The notes: generated from the sequence alone by a model not told the origin. A stretch of DNA of 64,000 nt, filler included, from Sphacelaria rigidula (GCA_964200075.2; 5 parts of 5 records of this genome joined end to end with filler, not necessarily neighbours in it); one strand, 5' to 3'; counted from the first letter of the whole stretch, positions 1 to 11,981 are shown. A program made the numbers and translations.

Positions 1-72
1 TGCTCAAATCACTAAGGCACGCAACAAAAGAGTACGCCCCCCCCCGAGGCCGGCCAGCCCCCCCCCCCCCCC
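1..72 (+). mobile_element. 3' terminus of a poly(C)-tailed LINE (family A)
   Basis: tgctcaaatcactaaggcacgcaacaaaagagtacg followed by a C-run matches the LINE 3' end at 23738-23780 (ggtcaaacgactgaggcaagcaacaaatgagtacg-C8) and at 6846-6890. Confidence 0.85.
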
Positions 73-403
73 AAACCTCTAGATTCTTGGGTTGGCGTGG
101 AGTGGCAACAGCGATGTAAAACAAGCCACCAAATCCTGGACATGAAATGTATAGACTGTCATCGCACCTGTACCATCAACCGCTACTAGACAATAGAAAG
201 TCCCGGATCGACAAACACAATAGACTCACAATAACTTAAGTAACCAAATTTGTTTCCCCCCAGAAATTCACAAAATGGATAAAAACATTATATACCGAAG
301 CTGGCCTTTTTGTAAGTCGTCCGTTTTCCTTTTCTGCGTTTTTCCCATTCCATTTCGTCTTTTTCTTCTTCCTTTTCCTCTTTCTGCACACATTTTGTTT
401 CTC

Positions 404-935
404 GCTACCATAAAACAGCCCGGACGTGGAATATGGAAGCTATCCCTGTCCTTCCTTAAGCCTACCATAACACAGCACGGACATGGACATGGAATATGGA
501 AGCTAATCCTGTTTTTTCTTTAGCCTATCATACACAGCCCGGACATAGACATGGAATAGAAAAGCTAAGCATGCTTTTTCTTCAACCTACCATAACACAG
601 CCCGGACATGGACATGGAATATGGAAGCTAATCCTGCTTTTTCTTTGGCCTATCATACACAGCCCGGACATAGACACGGAATAGAAAAGCTAAGCATGCT
701 TTTTCTTCAACCTTCCATAACACAGCCCGGACACGGACATGGAATATGGAAGCTAATCCTGCTTTTTCTTTAGCCTATCATACACAGCCCGGACATGGAC
801 ATGGAATAGAAAAAGCTAAGCATGCTTTTTCTTCAACCTACCATAACACAGCCCGGACATGGACATGGAATATGGAAGCTAACCCTCCTTTTTCTTCAAC
901 CTACCATGACACAGCCTGGATATAGACGTGAAATA
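404..935 (+). repeat. Tandem array of 62-63 bp units alternating A/B (about 125 bp higher-order period)
   Basis: Unit starts cctaccataa at 461, 586, 711, 837 and 900 and cctatcatac at 524, 649 and 774. All contain cagcccggacat(g/a)gacatggaata. Confidence 0.95.
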
Positions 936-2404
936 GCGAGAAAAAACAGATTTACTTTCCCGTATCAAGACGGGATATAAGCGAGAGTCTCCCCCCCGTA
1001 TCATATCAAAGGTAAGACAAGAATAAAACCGAAACCTAGACAAGTAAGCAGTAACGTGAAGGTTGACCACCTTACATCTCAACCGAGACTACAAAATGCA
1101 TAACAAGTACGGATAAAGCAGGGTCGTCACCCCCTCCATAGTAAATTCACATGGAGGTTGGGGTCTCGTGGTGAGATACTCGTGAAACGTTACCGGTTTC
1201 CAGTGGGCGGCGAAAATCTGGTCAGCCATTTCCTTGAAATTTCCGACATGAGGTGCGAAAGGCGCCCAATGAATGGAAGGGGTAGATAATGCACAACATT
1301 TAAGTCGAGACCTACTGCACTCATGAAACAAACGCCTTACCAATAACCGACCACATGACCTACGAGAAGAAGCACCAAGCGGAATGTAGACCTCTTGAGA
1401 TCTTGAAGAATAGAAGCTGGTGTAAAGTGTGGGGGAATTGTTGGCTAAGCTTTCGGCAGCGAAGGTCTACTCGGTAACGTGAGTGGGGCAGCAACCCATG
1501 CTGAACCGTACACAGCGTGTGAGAAAGTGATGTACGGGACATCCCGATGTGAGGAAGACCATGTGTTATGCAAGCCGTCCTCGAACGTTACACGGTGAAA
1601 ATGACCTCCCTGGAGAAAAGTAACCAGTACAGCAGCGGGGCAAGAAGATGGNNNNNNNNNNGGTTTACCATGAAAATCGCCTGGCGCAAACGTGGGGTAC
1701 TTGTGTCAAAGGTGTTGAACTTGGCTCCATGCTACGAGCCCGTGTTGGAGGCATTATTTAGTTTCGGTGAGCCAGCTAAAGAACTAAAAGGCACCAGACC
1801 CTCAACAAGTACTAGGATTCGGATGTCCCAGTACGTAGACTACATCCCACCAATACACTCGAAATGATTAAGCTGGAGATTATCTCGGAAGAGATCGAGG
1901 GGGAAAAGGTGAGGGAGTGAGAATGGACAAGTAAATAGTGGACTGGTAAAGTACTAGTTGTGTTGGCATTCGGAGGTCGTAGCGATATGGCAAGAAAAGA
2001 GTTAAAAAGGAAATGCACTGGAGTTGGACTATTCTGTTTTGCAAGAGGGAAAGTAGAAAGGAAGGGAGAGCACTTCCGAGTCACGCTAAAACAGAGCGTG
2101 AGCAAGGAGTGGGAAAAGATAGAGACAGCAAGGTGTCGCCATGGGTTAAAAGGGTAGGATGGAGAGTATGCATCGCTATTGGAACAACAAGCCTAGGACA
2201 TAGTCCACTGGTGAACGGAGGGGAAGAGAGGGAGGAACAGGTGAGTACCCGGAAGGGGAAGGGGAGGCGACGTAGCGGCCCGCAGCGAATAGACAAAGAC
2301 CAACACAGAAACGGGAAGAACAATCAAACAAGGAAAAGTGAAAGTAAAGCGACGGAGAGAGAACAGTAGACAACAGGAGTGCAAATGATTCCGAAAGGAA
2401 GTCA

Positions 2405-5400
2405 AGAATAGGGTCGTGTAACGTGTGTAGATTCGTCACAGACAAGCGCAAAAGAATAGATAGAACGCAACAATTAGGTAAACACGACCTAGATATAGTA
2501 GGATCCCAAGAGTCATGGGAGAAAAGGGGGGCGGAAATAGGATACAAAGTTGAAGAGTACGCATGGATAGGGAAAAAGTGGAAGGGACAGAAGCCCAAGA
2601 GCACGGGAGCGGGGGGAGTAGGATTCTTAGTCAAGGAATACCTGTGTGACAGCATAGAAGTGATCGACGACACGAAATTCGACGAGAGTATATGGATAAG
2701 GGTATCTGGAAAGCGGGGAACGAAGGACTTCGTAGAGAACATCTACATGCCCCGAGAATCGAAGAGTAGGGGGAGCGATATACAACGGAGGTTGGGGAGA
2801 TAGCAGCAGATGTACATGAGTATAAAAGGCAAGGAGAAGTGATTCTAGTGAGAGATTTCAATGCAAGGGTAGGAAGCGCAGGTCTACCGGATGCTATCAT
2901 TGGGCAATACGGGGTAGATAAAATAGCACGAATGGAGTAGAAATGCTGGAGTTCCTTGAGCATAACGAGATGAAGATGGTGAACAATAGAGCACACGAGC
3001 CAGAGGCGCAATGGACATGGACTAGAAAATGCAAAGACAAGAAATAACGCTCCTTTCTCGACAAAACAGTGGTTGAGCATGGAAATAGTAAAGAAACGGA
3101 AGTACATGTATGCGCGGAGGACGTGGGAACCACAGATCATTGCCTAATATGAACAGAGAGCCAACAGACGAGAGCTGAAAGAAATAGGCGGGGTAGGAAG
3201 CTGTACCAATGGAGAATCGATAAACTAGATATGGAAGAAGAACCGCAAGAGTTCCAAGGAGAGATTGCCAAGAATGCAGTGACTTTTTATCGAGCTGATG
3301 GCGCGCGTAGGTACACTTAATACCAGAGTAGGAAGAAATCGGGCAGGAGCGATCATAGAAGGATGGGAGCAGTTGGTCAAGGACACAGCGCGTAAAGTCA
3401 TACTTCCTCTGTCTCATAAGTTAGGGTACCTGTGGGCAATGCGTTGTCTGGATACAATAGTGTAGGTGAGGATAGTGTAGTCGGGTTCGTTAGAAACGTA
3501 AAACGAAGAAGAAGCTAGAGGAAAAAGAAAAAAACGGTGCTCTACTCATTTACCTTATATGGGTTAAAATATACCCTATTTTGGCCTATTTTGGGAATAT
3601 TTTTGAGAACGTTTTGAGAATTCTTCAAACATTATCAAAAGCGTCCAAATTTAGTACCTTACCCGCCCACTACACCATTCTAGCGATAGACTCGCCCCCC
3701 AGCACACCTCCACCTCGCAAACGGGGCGCCGAGATATCGGTTGGTGGTTACTACGCAATGGCGACAATGGTCCTCGACACTTTATTTCCCGTAGGAAAGG
3801 CGTGGAATACGGCCATTTTTGGGCCGACTGATTTGTTTTCGGCCGTTCGGCCGCATGGTTCAAGCACCGGCCGAGAAAAATAATCATGTTTTTTACTCGA
3901 AAAACACCGAAGACTTCAACAAAAAAATCGAGAAACAGATCGGACACGGCTGAGGGCCCGTACAAATTTAGGTACCCTGATTAATGAGACAGAGGAAGTA
4001 GGGTGGAAACTGATCGTATGCAACAGAGCAGTGCAATGGTGGGATGAGGAAGTAAAAGAGGCTATAAGAGGAAAGAGAGAGGCCCACGCGAGATGGATGT
4101 CGAGTAAAACTACGGCAGGATGGGAGAAGTATACGAAAGCTCGAAAGAACGTGAAAACGATAGTACAGCAGAAAAAGGAGGAAGTATGGTAAGATGTAGT
4201 GAATGAAACAAATTGAGATTTCGATGGGATGAAACACATGTGGGTAGGGATAAAAGGGATAGCGGAAAACAAGGCAGGAAAGATGGACAAGGGGACAGCC
4301 ACACTCCGGGCACAGAACGGTAAAATGGTCAGTAGTTCGAAGGGGAAGAGAGAAGTGCGAGTCGAGCACTGCCGTAAACTAGGAGCACCAAAAACAACCC
4401 CGGAGTTCGACACGGAATTATACAACGTAATCAACGCGTGGGCAGAGGCAAATGTAGAGACGTCGAAACGGGAGGATAGGGGCTCCAAATAATTGTAGAG
4501 AGAGTTTACCAGAGACGAAGTAAAGGAGTGCGTAGCTAAACTCAAGAACAAAAAGGCAGCAGGGGCAGACGGAATAGTGAATGCTTCCTTGAGTACGGGG
4601 GAGAGGGAATGATCGCTATGATTGTACAACTGGATCTGGGGAAACGAGGACACACCCAAGAGGTGGAGATAAGGAGTAGTCGTCAACCTGTTCAGAAAAG
4701 AAGACAAGGCTGACCCAGGAAATTATAGAGGGATAGCGCTACTGAGCACGGAACGGAAAATATTCTGTAAGATCCTGAACGATAGAGGAGGAGCGATACT
4801 AGAAAAGGAAGTCAAAATCAGCGAGGCACAAGCAGGATTTAGACCAAACCGCAGTTGTGTAGACCATGTGTACACACTAGGCTGACCCAGGATATTATAG
4901 AGGGATAACGCTACTGAGCACGGTGGGGAAAACATTCTGTAAGATTCTGAACGATAGAGTAGGAACATAGCTAGAAAAGGAAGACAAAATCAGCGAGGGG
5001 CAAGCAGGATTTAGATCAAACCGTAGTTGCGTAGACCATGTGTACACACTGGGTAAGAATATTTAGGGTAGGGAAGACACCGGGCTGATAACGTACTGTT
5101 TCTTCCTGGACGTGCAAAAGGCTCATGACACAGTATGGAGAAATGGGTTGAGGAAAAAGTTGTGGGAAGCTGGGTTTAGAGGAAAGATGTGGAGAATGGT
5201 GAAAAAGATTGCAGAATGTGCCAAAAGTGCCATGATGCTAGACGGGGAAATATCGATTTTTTTATACTTTACAAGGAGTTGCACAAGGATGTACGTTATC
5301 ACCCATTTTGTTCAAGTTGTTCATTAATGGCTTCATAATAGCAGTAGAAGCAGCAGACCAAGGGGTTCAGGTGGGTAAAGATATGATATCAGGATTGATG

Positions 5401-6738
5401 CTCGCGGATGATTTTGTGGGGATTTCAGGAACACCAGACGGATTACAGACACAGATAGACAGGGCGCTAGAATACACTAGGAAATGGAGAGTGACAGCGA
5501 ACGTGAACAACTACGCGGTACTTGTCTATAACGAAGATAATAACAATGCGGTACAGTTCAAATGGAAGTGGGGAGAAGAGGAATTGCCGATCGTGGACCA
5601 GTACACATACCTTCGCGTAGAGATCTCATAACACTGTTCTAGGGATGCACACACACAAAGTAATAGAAAAGGGTAAGGCACAGATAGGTAGGATGGACGT
5701 GATCCTCAGAGACTCGCACCTAAACACTAGGATCAAGAAATGTATCCTGATGAACGTGATTGTACCAAAACTGGAATATACAGAAGAGGTATGGGAGGGG
5801 AACGTGAAGTTGGTGGAGAAGTTGGAAACAGTACAGATGGCAGCAGCTAAGAAATTACTTGGATGCTCGAAAACGACGAATAATACAGTTTTGAGAGCAG
5901 AGTTGGGAATGTACTCACTTAAAACAGAGAAATGAGAAAAATGCGATGACAATATAGCTTAAAGAACACGCAGAGAAAGAGATTGCCAGCTATAGTTGAT
6001 AGGGCTGTATGGAGGAAAAGTACGAAGGGGCGGGCTGGAATAAGGTGGGATAAAGAAGTCGAGAAAGGATGGAAGGAGATAAAAGGAAGCCAAGACGAAA
6101 TACTGTCCATATATGAAGGCGCGGGGTACAAGACAAAAGTAAGAGACATGATATAAATAAGGGAAAAAGGAGCGCTCAGACGCGAAGTAGATGAGAAAGA
6201 ACACCTGAAGATATACGGGGGGTTGAGAGAGGGGATAAGAATAAAAGCATATTTGCATGGCCCAATGAGCGCTGCGAAAAATCTGAAACTGCGATTTTGG
6301 ATGGGGGACCTGGATCTGCCAGAAAGAAGAAAGAGATATACCAGTCGTCGAAAAAAAGAGGAGGAATTAGACATACAAAACTGCCTCTGTGGCAAAGCAA
6401 TGGAGACCAGAAGTAATAAAGTGGCAGAATGTGAACTATACAAGGAGAAACGGGACGTGCTAGAGAGGAAAATAGGGGACGTGAACAAAGGTGGCATGAA
6501 ATCGTTTGATGCGTAAGACAGTCAGGAGAAAACGATGATTATACTAGGAGATAGATGGTGGCAACAGACGGCAAAACAGGGCGGGGATAAGATATGCAGA
6601 AGGTTTTTGTGCAATGTATGGAAGGAACGTAATGGGCGCCGGAATGTTGGAGGTGGCTCTATTAGGAGTAGGAACAGTGCTCCGTCTCGAAAGGGATGCG
6701 TGGTCAATGGTCAAACGACGAAGGCAAGCAACACGTGA
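2405..6738 (+). pseudogene. LINE ORF2 (AP endonuclease, reverse transcriptase, zinc-knuckle remnant) with stops and frameshifts
   Basis: APE motifs RIGSCNV, DIVGSQESW, GVGFLV, RDFNARVG and TDHCLI. RT motifs NYRGIALL, QAGFRPNRSCVDH, FLDVQKAHDTVWR and MLADDFV. C-terminal CLCGKAMETRSNKVAEC. Confidence 0.92.
3403..3998. mobile_element. 596-bp Tc1/mariner (Stowaway-like) MITE inserted in LINE ORF2
   Basis: TIR cttcctctgtctcataagttagggtacct / aggtaccctgattaatgagacagaggaag, with TA duplicated at 3401-3402 and 3999-4000. Removing it restores the LINE frame KVIGWKLIV. Confidence 0.93.
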
Positions 6739-7255
6739 GATTCCGCCCCCCCCCACCCCGGCACCACCGCCCCCCACCACGCCGCCCCGACCGCCGTCGC
6801 GGGCGGGCGGNNNNNNNNNNCGTCTCGAAAGGGATGCGTGGTCAATGGTCAAACGACGAAGGCAAGCAACAAATGAGTTCCCCCCCCCCCAAAGCCTGCC
6901 AGTTTAGCGTTCAACAAGGGGAATGAGTCACGGCTGTAAAGAGCTGAAGGTTGTTCTTGCCCTGTGCGCTGCAGTGCCATCCCTCGAAACACACGGACCG
7001 ACCCCTCCGTCCCTCAACAAGTCGACATCATCGATCATTAACCTCAACGCAAAAAAAACATGGTATCGCGTATATCGCCACTCCAAGGAATATCACTTGC
7101 ACCAGTATAATTTTTTCTCGGTATATGGCAAGGAGGGTAATCAACTGCGTCAACGTTCCTCAGCGGAAAGAGGAGTAGCGATGGTCCAAACACTACCTAT
7201 CGACTGTGATTGTGATTTTAGTGAAAACGCCGCGGTTGTGATTTCTCTCATGCAG

Positions 7256-7447
7256 GCAGCACGATGTGTCGGCGCGAGGGGATTGGCGGCTACTCTGTCG
7301 ACCGGTTCAGCAGCGGGGCGAAGTAAGCTATGGGCTTCTTTGATCGACGTGGAACACAAATTTGGCACCCCCGCATCGTTCAAGGAGGTTTCCTTGCGTG
7401 CTTGTGACGACTCCGAGATACCGAACGTCTTCCCCGACATTGCTGAG
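7256..7447 (+). CDS. Exon of an RRP5/PDCD11-like HAT (half-a-TPR) repeat protein
   Basis: cag|...|gtacga boundaries. AARCVGARGLA...RSKLWASLIDVEHKFGTPASFKEVSLRAC resembles the RRP5 C-terminal pattern ARxxAERAL...KLNVWxALLNLExxYG...VFERA (recalled, not aligned by tool). Confidence 0.7.
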
Positions 7448-8254
7448 GTACGAAAAATAATTTGTCGATTAAAAACATGGTGGAAACCATTCAGCCATGC
7501 TTACAACGCCTGGTAGGATCAGATTCACGTTTAAGCTCGGCAATTATTGTCTGTACGGATTCATGTTGTGCTCTTGTGTGCTTTGATGCAGTGTGTGAGT
7601 GCACAACATCAGGCATAGCAAACCTGTGGACAACACTGCCGTCAACGATAGAAAAACCACTTGAGGTAATGCTGCGTCGTTTACTAGCGTCATGCATCTC
7701 TCCATGCCTTGTGAATCCTTGCTAACCTTGAGGAAATCATCAATTCCTTCCCCCCCCCCGTTCCTATCGTTCCTATCGTCGAGAGATGAAACGCATGTCT
7801 CCAGAGTAACAAGCTGCTCATGTCTTCGAAATAATGTTTCGCGTAGGGTCAACATTCCAAAATCTCCGCCCCTGTCTCACCCTCGCTCCGCGCAGTTGCA
7901 TGGTCGCGACGGGGGCAAGACTGATGGATGGTGTGAGAAGTGCGAGTCATTGTTCCGGAGCTGCATGAAAAAAAAGAAATATCGCCACTCCAAAGAGGTC
8001 AGCACACTCAGAAGTGGACGTGCATTTCAGCCAATCTGTCTGTTTTTCCCCGTGTGTTGCTGATGATGGAAACCCGCTGTTCGTACGTCAAGTATGGCAT
8101 GGTTGGAGTTCACTTTCACCGTACAACCGAGATCTCGAAATGCTGGTTCAGCTTGCTTCTTCTTCCTGGCGGTCCAGAAAAACTCAGAAGCAAAGCGCGG
8201 GTGTGGGGATATAACCAAGTATCACCATCATATTGTCTTGATGCTCTGGTAAGG

Positions 8255-8507
8255 ACAATTTCCACCATAGCCACCCCCCCCAAAAAGTGTTTGGTTTGGG
8301 GAGGCAAAATCTACACGTGAATCGAAATTTAAAAAGCCTGGCACATCGAGCAGCTGGGAATTCACACGCTTGGGTTCGTTCTCGCCGATGTCGCCCATGT
8401 GAGGCGCTTTATGCAGGCTAAAACCAAAAATCAGGCGCGGTATGACCATATTCCTCGTGACAGTTTTGGGCTGGTTTTGGAGGGGGGACTATCGTAAAAA
8501 GACTGTA
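8255..8507. mobile_element. About 250-bp MITE (Tc1/mariner-like end ...ctgTA)
   Basis: Imperfect TIR acaatttccaccatagccacccccccaaaa versus ttttggaggggggactatcgtaaaaagactgt. A second copy lies at 25388-25551. Confidence 0.7.
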
Positions 8508-8662
8508 CGAATGCCATGTTTTCGAACATTCACACCAGGGTCTCTCAGCCTCACAGCCTTTCATCCTTACAGTTTTTCATTCTTGCAAATATATATTTTT
8601 GCTATTCAGCGCTGTCAGCGGTTGAAGCACCCAGAATACAGTTCCATTTTTGCAATGTTGAT

Positions 8663-8730
8663 GTGTCCACGGCTGGATCCCTGGGGGTCGGTTAAAGTGC
8701 GACAATCAAATAAAAAAAAAAACCAATCTA
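8663..8730 (+). mobile_element. 5'-truncated retroposon end with a (CAAT)n-type tail
   Basis: ccacggctggatccctgggggtcggttaaagtgcgacaatcaa recurs at about 27062-27130 and 50998-51055, each followed by caat repeats. Confidence 0.7.
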
Positions 8731-8967
8731 TGTCGGAACAGATTAAGCTGTACATCACATAGGCAGGTGCAATCAGGGCACTTCGGGTGAACTAGAAACG
8801 CCGGCGTATGATGGGGCTCATCTCCTCTTGTGCATACTATTTCCCCACAAGTGTGTTCGTTGTGCGAGCATGGGACATGGAGAGAAACTTTGGGCACCAC
8901 TTGCATTCTTCTGCGGTTACCGCCCTTGCTACTGTGTTGATACATTCCGACTATCCCACGTTACATG

Positions 8968-9290
8968 TGTAGGGAATTTGTGCTTGGGAGAACGGGGGAT
9001 GTAATCATGATCTTGCATGCCATAGTCATCAGACCATTGAACTCGCATCCCTACAAGGCCGGGACAGAGCACGCGCGGTTTCAGCCGGACGAGGCTCGCA
9101 GTGAATCACCAAGCGCGAAGCGCCGTGGTGTGCTCGGCGAGTCGCATGAAGGGTGAGCTGCATCCTGCTGGGATTATTCGGCCCGAAGCGTACTAATTAT
9201 CTTGCATTTGGATGACAGCCTCCAATGAGCGACTTCGTTTTCTGGTGTCGCTACTTCCAGAGACGCCACGGCTCAATCACTGTCTCATGG
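8968..9290 (+). repeat. Interspersed repeat of about 320 bp, class unknown
   Basis: Collinear homolog at 24518-24825 on another scaffold (shared gcatgccatagtcat...agcgcgaagcgccgtg...gagtcgcatgaagggtgagctgcatc). Confidence 0.85.
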
Positions 9291-9889
9291 CTGCAGAAGG
9301 GGCGAGGCGGCGCTTGAACGATTGATTTTCACGAGTCTGAGTGGGGTGCTGTGCTGGTTTCTTCGACCAGGTGTGGATTGCGATTCAACTGTCTCGGCTG
9401 CACAGAGGGTACGCTGTCGGTGCCTGGGAAATGCTGCAACTTAGCTTGCACTACCTTCCCGGCGAGGACCACGTTTTCGTCATCTCAAGGTAACAAGTAC
9501 GATATAATATTTTCAAGGTTGTGTTCTGCTTAGATATGCTGAGAAAGGGTACCCGCGGAAGTGGGAGATTTTTTATCGGCATACCAAATCTCATGGTGCT
9601 GAAATGTGTAGCGAACACTCTCGGGTATGGTCCGGCAGGGTATCGAGCCTTGTTCCGAACAGGAAACAATGCGATACGGTTCGGAAGGGTATATGCCGAT
9701 ACCTGTAATAACACCTCTTTTTTACACTTCTGTTAATATCCGAATTTCAGCCCGTGTACCCTCCAGAGCACAACCTTGATATGAATATGCCCTGCAGACG
9801 GTTTCACTATGCAGGTTAAAGGGTTACTTTGAAAAAAGCGGCATCCAGTCCGCGGCAAGCGGTGTTGACATGGGCATCTACCCTACATG

Positions 9890-11465
9890 AACGTTGCAAG
9901 AGTAGATCGAGTAGAGTATGTACTTTTGAGTACTCGAGTAAAATAGTATTTACTCTACTCGACGTTTGAGTAAGTCGATCACGGCCTCAAATACTCTACT
10001 CAATTTTTTAGTAGGTCGAGTACGGCCTCACATACTCTACTCAAATTTTGAGTAGGTCGGGTACGACCTCAAATACTCTACTCAAATACTGAGTATGACC
10101 TCAATACTCTACTCAAATTTGGAGAAGGTCGAGTACGGTTTCAAATACTCTACTCAAATTTTGAGTAGGTTGAGTATGGTCTCAAGTACTCTACTCAAAT
10201 TTTGAGTAGGTTGAGTATGGTGTCAAATACTCTACTCAAACATTGAGTAAGTACTCCCAGTAATACTTGAGTGTAGAGTATCACCCGAGTATGACCTCAA
10301 AACTCTCCTCAAATTTCGAGTAGATTGAGTAGGATCTCAAATACTCTACTCAAATTTTGAGTAGATACTGGGTATGATCTCAAATACTCTGCTCAAATTT
10401 TGAGTAGGTTGAGTACGACCTCAAATACTCTACTTAAATATTGAGTAAGCACTCTCAGTAGCACTTGAGTATAGAGTACCCTTTGGCTATGGTGAGTACC
10501 CCTGACAGTCGGCGACTTCGTGACGTCACTTCACAGACTATGTTGAATGCATGAGCGAACGATGACCATCAATAAGATGGCCGGCGTTACATCACAGCCA
10601 ATAAGGAGTGTGAGCGAATGAAGGCCATAAAAAAATAAAAAAGCGTGCAGGTGAACGAACCTACTTGCCCCCGCGCCCCATCTCACCAGCCCCCACCCAC
10701 GGCAGTTAATACTCGATACCTCGCAACGCCTTCAATATCACTTTCAGTACAGGGCGCTAGTCATCATCATCGAGTAATCGAGTAGACGAGTAGTCGAGTA
10801 GGTATGATCAAAATGAGCGACTCTACTGGCCACGGTTCGACTCTACTGGCCACGGTTCGACAAGACAGTTTGACCTTGAATCAACACTACTCATGGGTGG
10901 GCAACTGTACGAATACCTCGGTATTTCCTCTACCCGAGTTTGAGTATCTTGCGTACGAACTTGAATGTTGAATTTGAAGTTATACGTTTTCGGTACATCG
11001 GATCCGGCCTCAGATACTCCACTCAAGTTTTGAGTAGGCCGAGTACGGCCTCACATAGTCTGCTCAAATTTTGAGTAGGTCGAGTACGACCTCAAATACT
11101 CTACTCAAATTTTGAGTAGGTTGAGTATGGTCTCAAATACTCTACTCAGATTTCGGGTACGTTGAGTACGGCTTCCAATACTCACACTCAAATTTCGAGT
11201 AGATCGAGTACGACCTCAATACTCTACTCAAACATTAAGTGAGCACTATCAGGTATACTCGAGTATAGAGTATCACTTGAGTATGACCTCAATACTATAC
11301 TCAAATTTCGAGTAGACTGAGTATGATCTCAAATACTCTCCTCGAATAATTGAGTAGGTTGAGTACGACCTCAAATACTCTGCTCAAACTTCGAGTACTG
11401 AAGGTATGACTCTTAAAAAAAACTGAGTATTGAGTATACTCTACTCGACCTACCCTTGGAACGTT
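9890..11465. mobile_element. Non-autonomous TIR element with two internal arrays of a 41-bp palindrome-containing unit
   Basis: Left end aacgttgcaagagtagatcgagtagagtat is the inverse of right end atactctactcgacctacccttggaacgtt. Arrays of ctcaaatactctactcaaattttgagtaggtcgagtacgac lie at about 9985-10480 and 11010-11400. Confidence 0.85.
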
Positions 11466-11815
11466 GTCTCAAATTCTGAAGGTTAAGCTTATCCAAAAAA
11501 ATGTGAACGATGTAGCGTTTATACACCTTTTGGCTTTTTTTTCAAATGTAACTGATTCAAGAATGGTTTCAAACAGTCACTTGATCATACCTTCTTCTTT
11601 TCTTTTCCCTCGCGTGCTTTTTGCTACGTAATGTTGAAGAGCCGCACAACGACCAAACCCGGTTAGTTCCTCATGTCGTACACAGCCAGCCGATGCTATC
11701 CCACCACACAGGAGCTGCCGGCCACCATTGTGCTCCATGCTTCATACTTGCCGCCCACCAGCCCATGTCGTAAGCACCGCCTGTATACGTACGTTATTGT
11801 TGCAATATTTGCTAG

Positions 11816-11981
11816 ATTCGCTCTTCACAACCTCAAATTTGGATCCACTGAGCACGGGCGGGCGATATATGAATGCCTCCTGCAAGCATATCCGGAGAGA
11901 CTGGACGTCTGGAAGGAATATTTTGAGGCCGAGGCGGAGAAGGGGGGCACGCAAGTAGCCAGGAACCTGCTTCAGAAGCTG
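11816..11981 (+). CDS. Downstream exon of the RRP5-like HAT-repeat protein
   Basis: tag|...|gtgagt boundaries. FALHNLKFGSTEHGRAIYECLLQAYPERLDVWKEYFEAE matches the RRP5 pattern FAxLEFKxGxxERGRTIFExxLxxYPKRxDLWxxY. Confidence 0.8.

Larger units (their letters stand above)
76..6890 (+). mobile_element. Near full-length degenerate APE-RT non-LTR retrotransposon (family A); 5' boundary uncertain
   Basis: APE motifs at about 2405-3150, RT motifs at about 4500-5630, a C-terminal Cys/His knuckle remnant and a poly(C) end. Assigning 76-2400 (tandem repeat and Cys-containing ORF1-like remnants) to the element is inference. Confidence 0.8.

Noticed and set aside
6821-6890. Additional independent LINE 3' end or tandem duplication
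   Set aside because: Repeats 6684-6750 directly across a 10-N gap after a low-quality C-rich stretch. Probably a contig overlap, so it was counted once.
8058-8080. Hammerhead ribozyme core (CTGATGA...GAAAC)
   Set aside because: Only 2 nt separate the core boxes, so stem II cannot form.
9985-11400. CRISPR-like array of palindromic repeats
   Set aside because: Units are contiguous with no unique spacers, lie inside TIRs in a eukaryotic context, and no cas genes are present.
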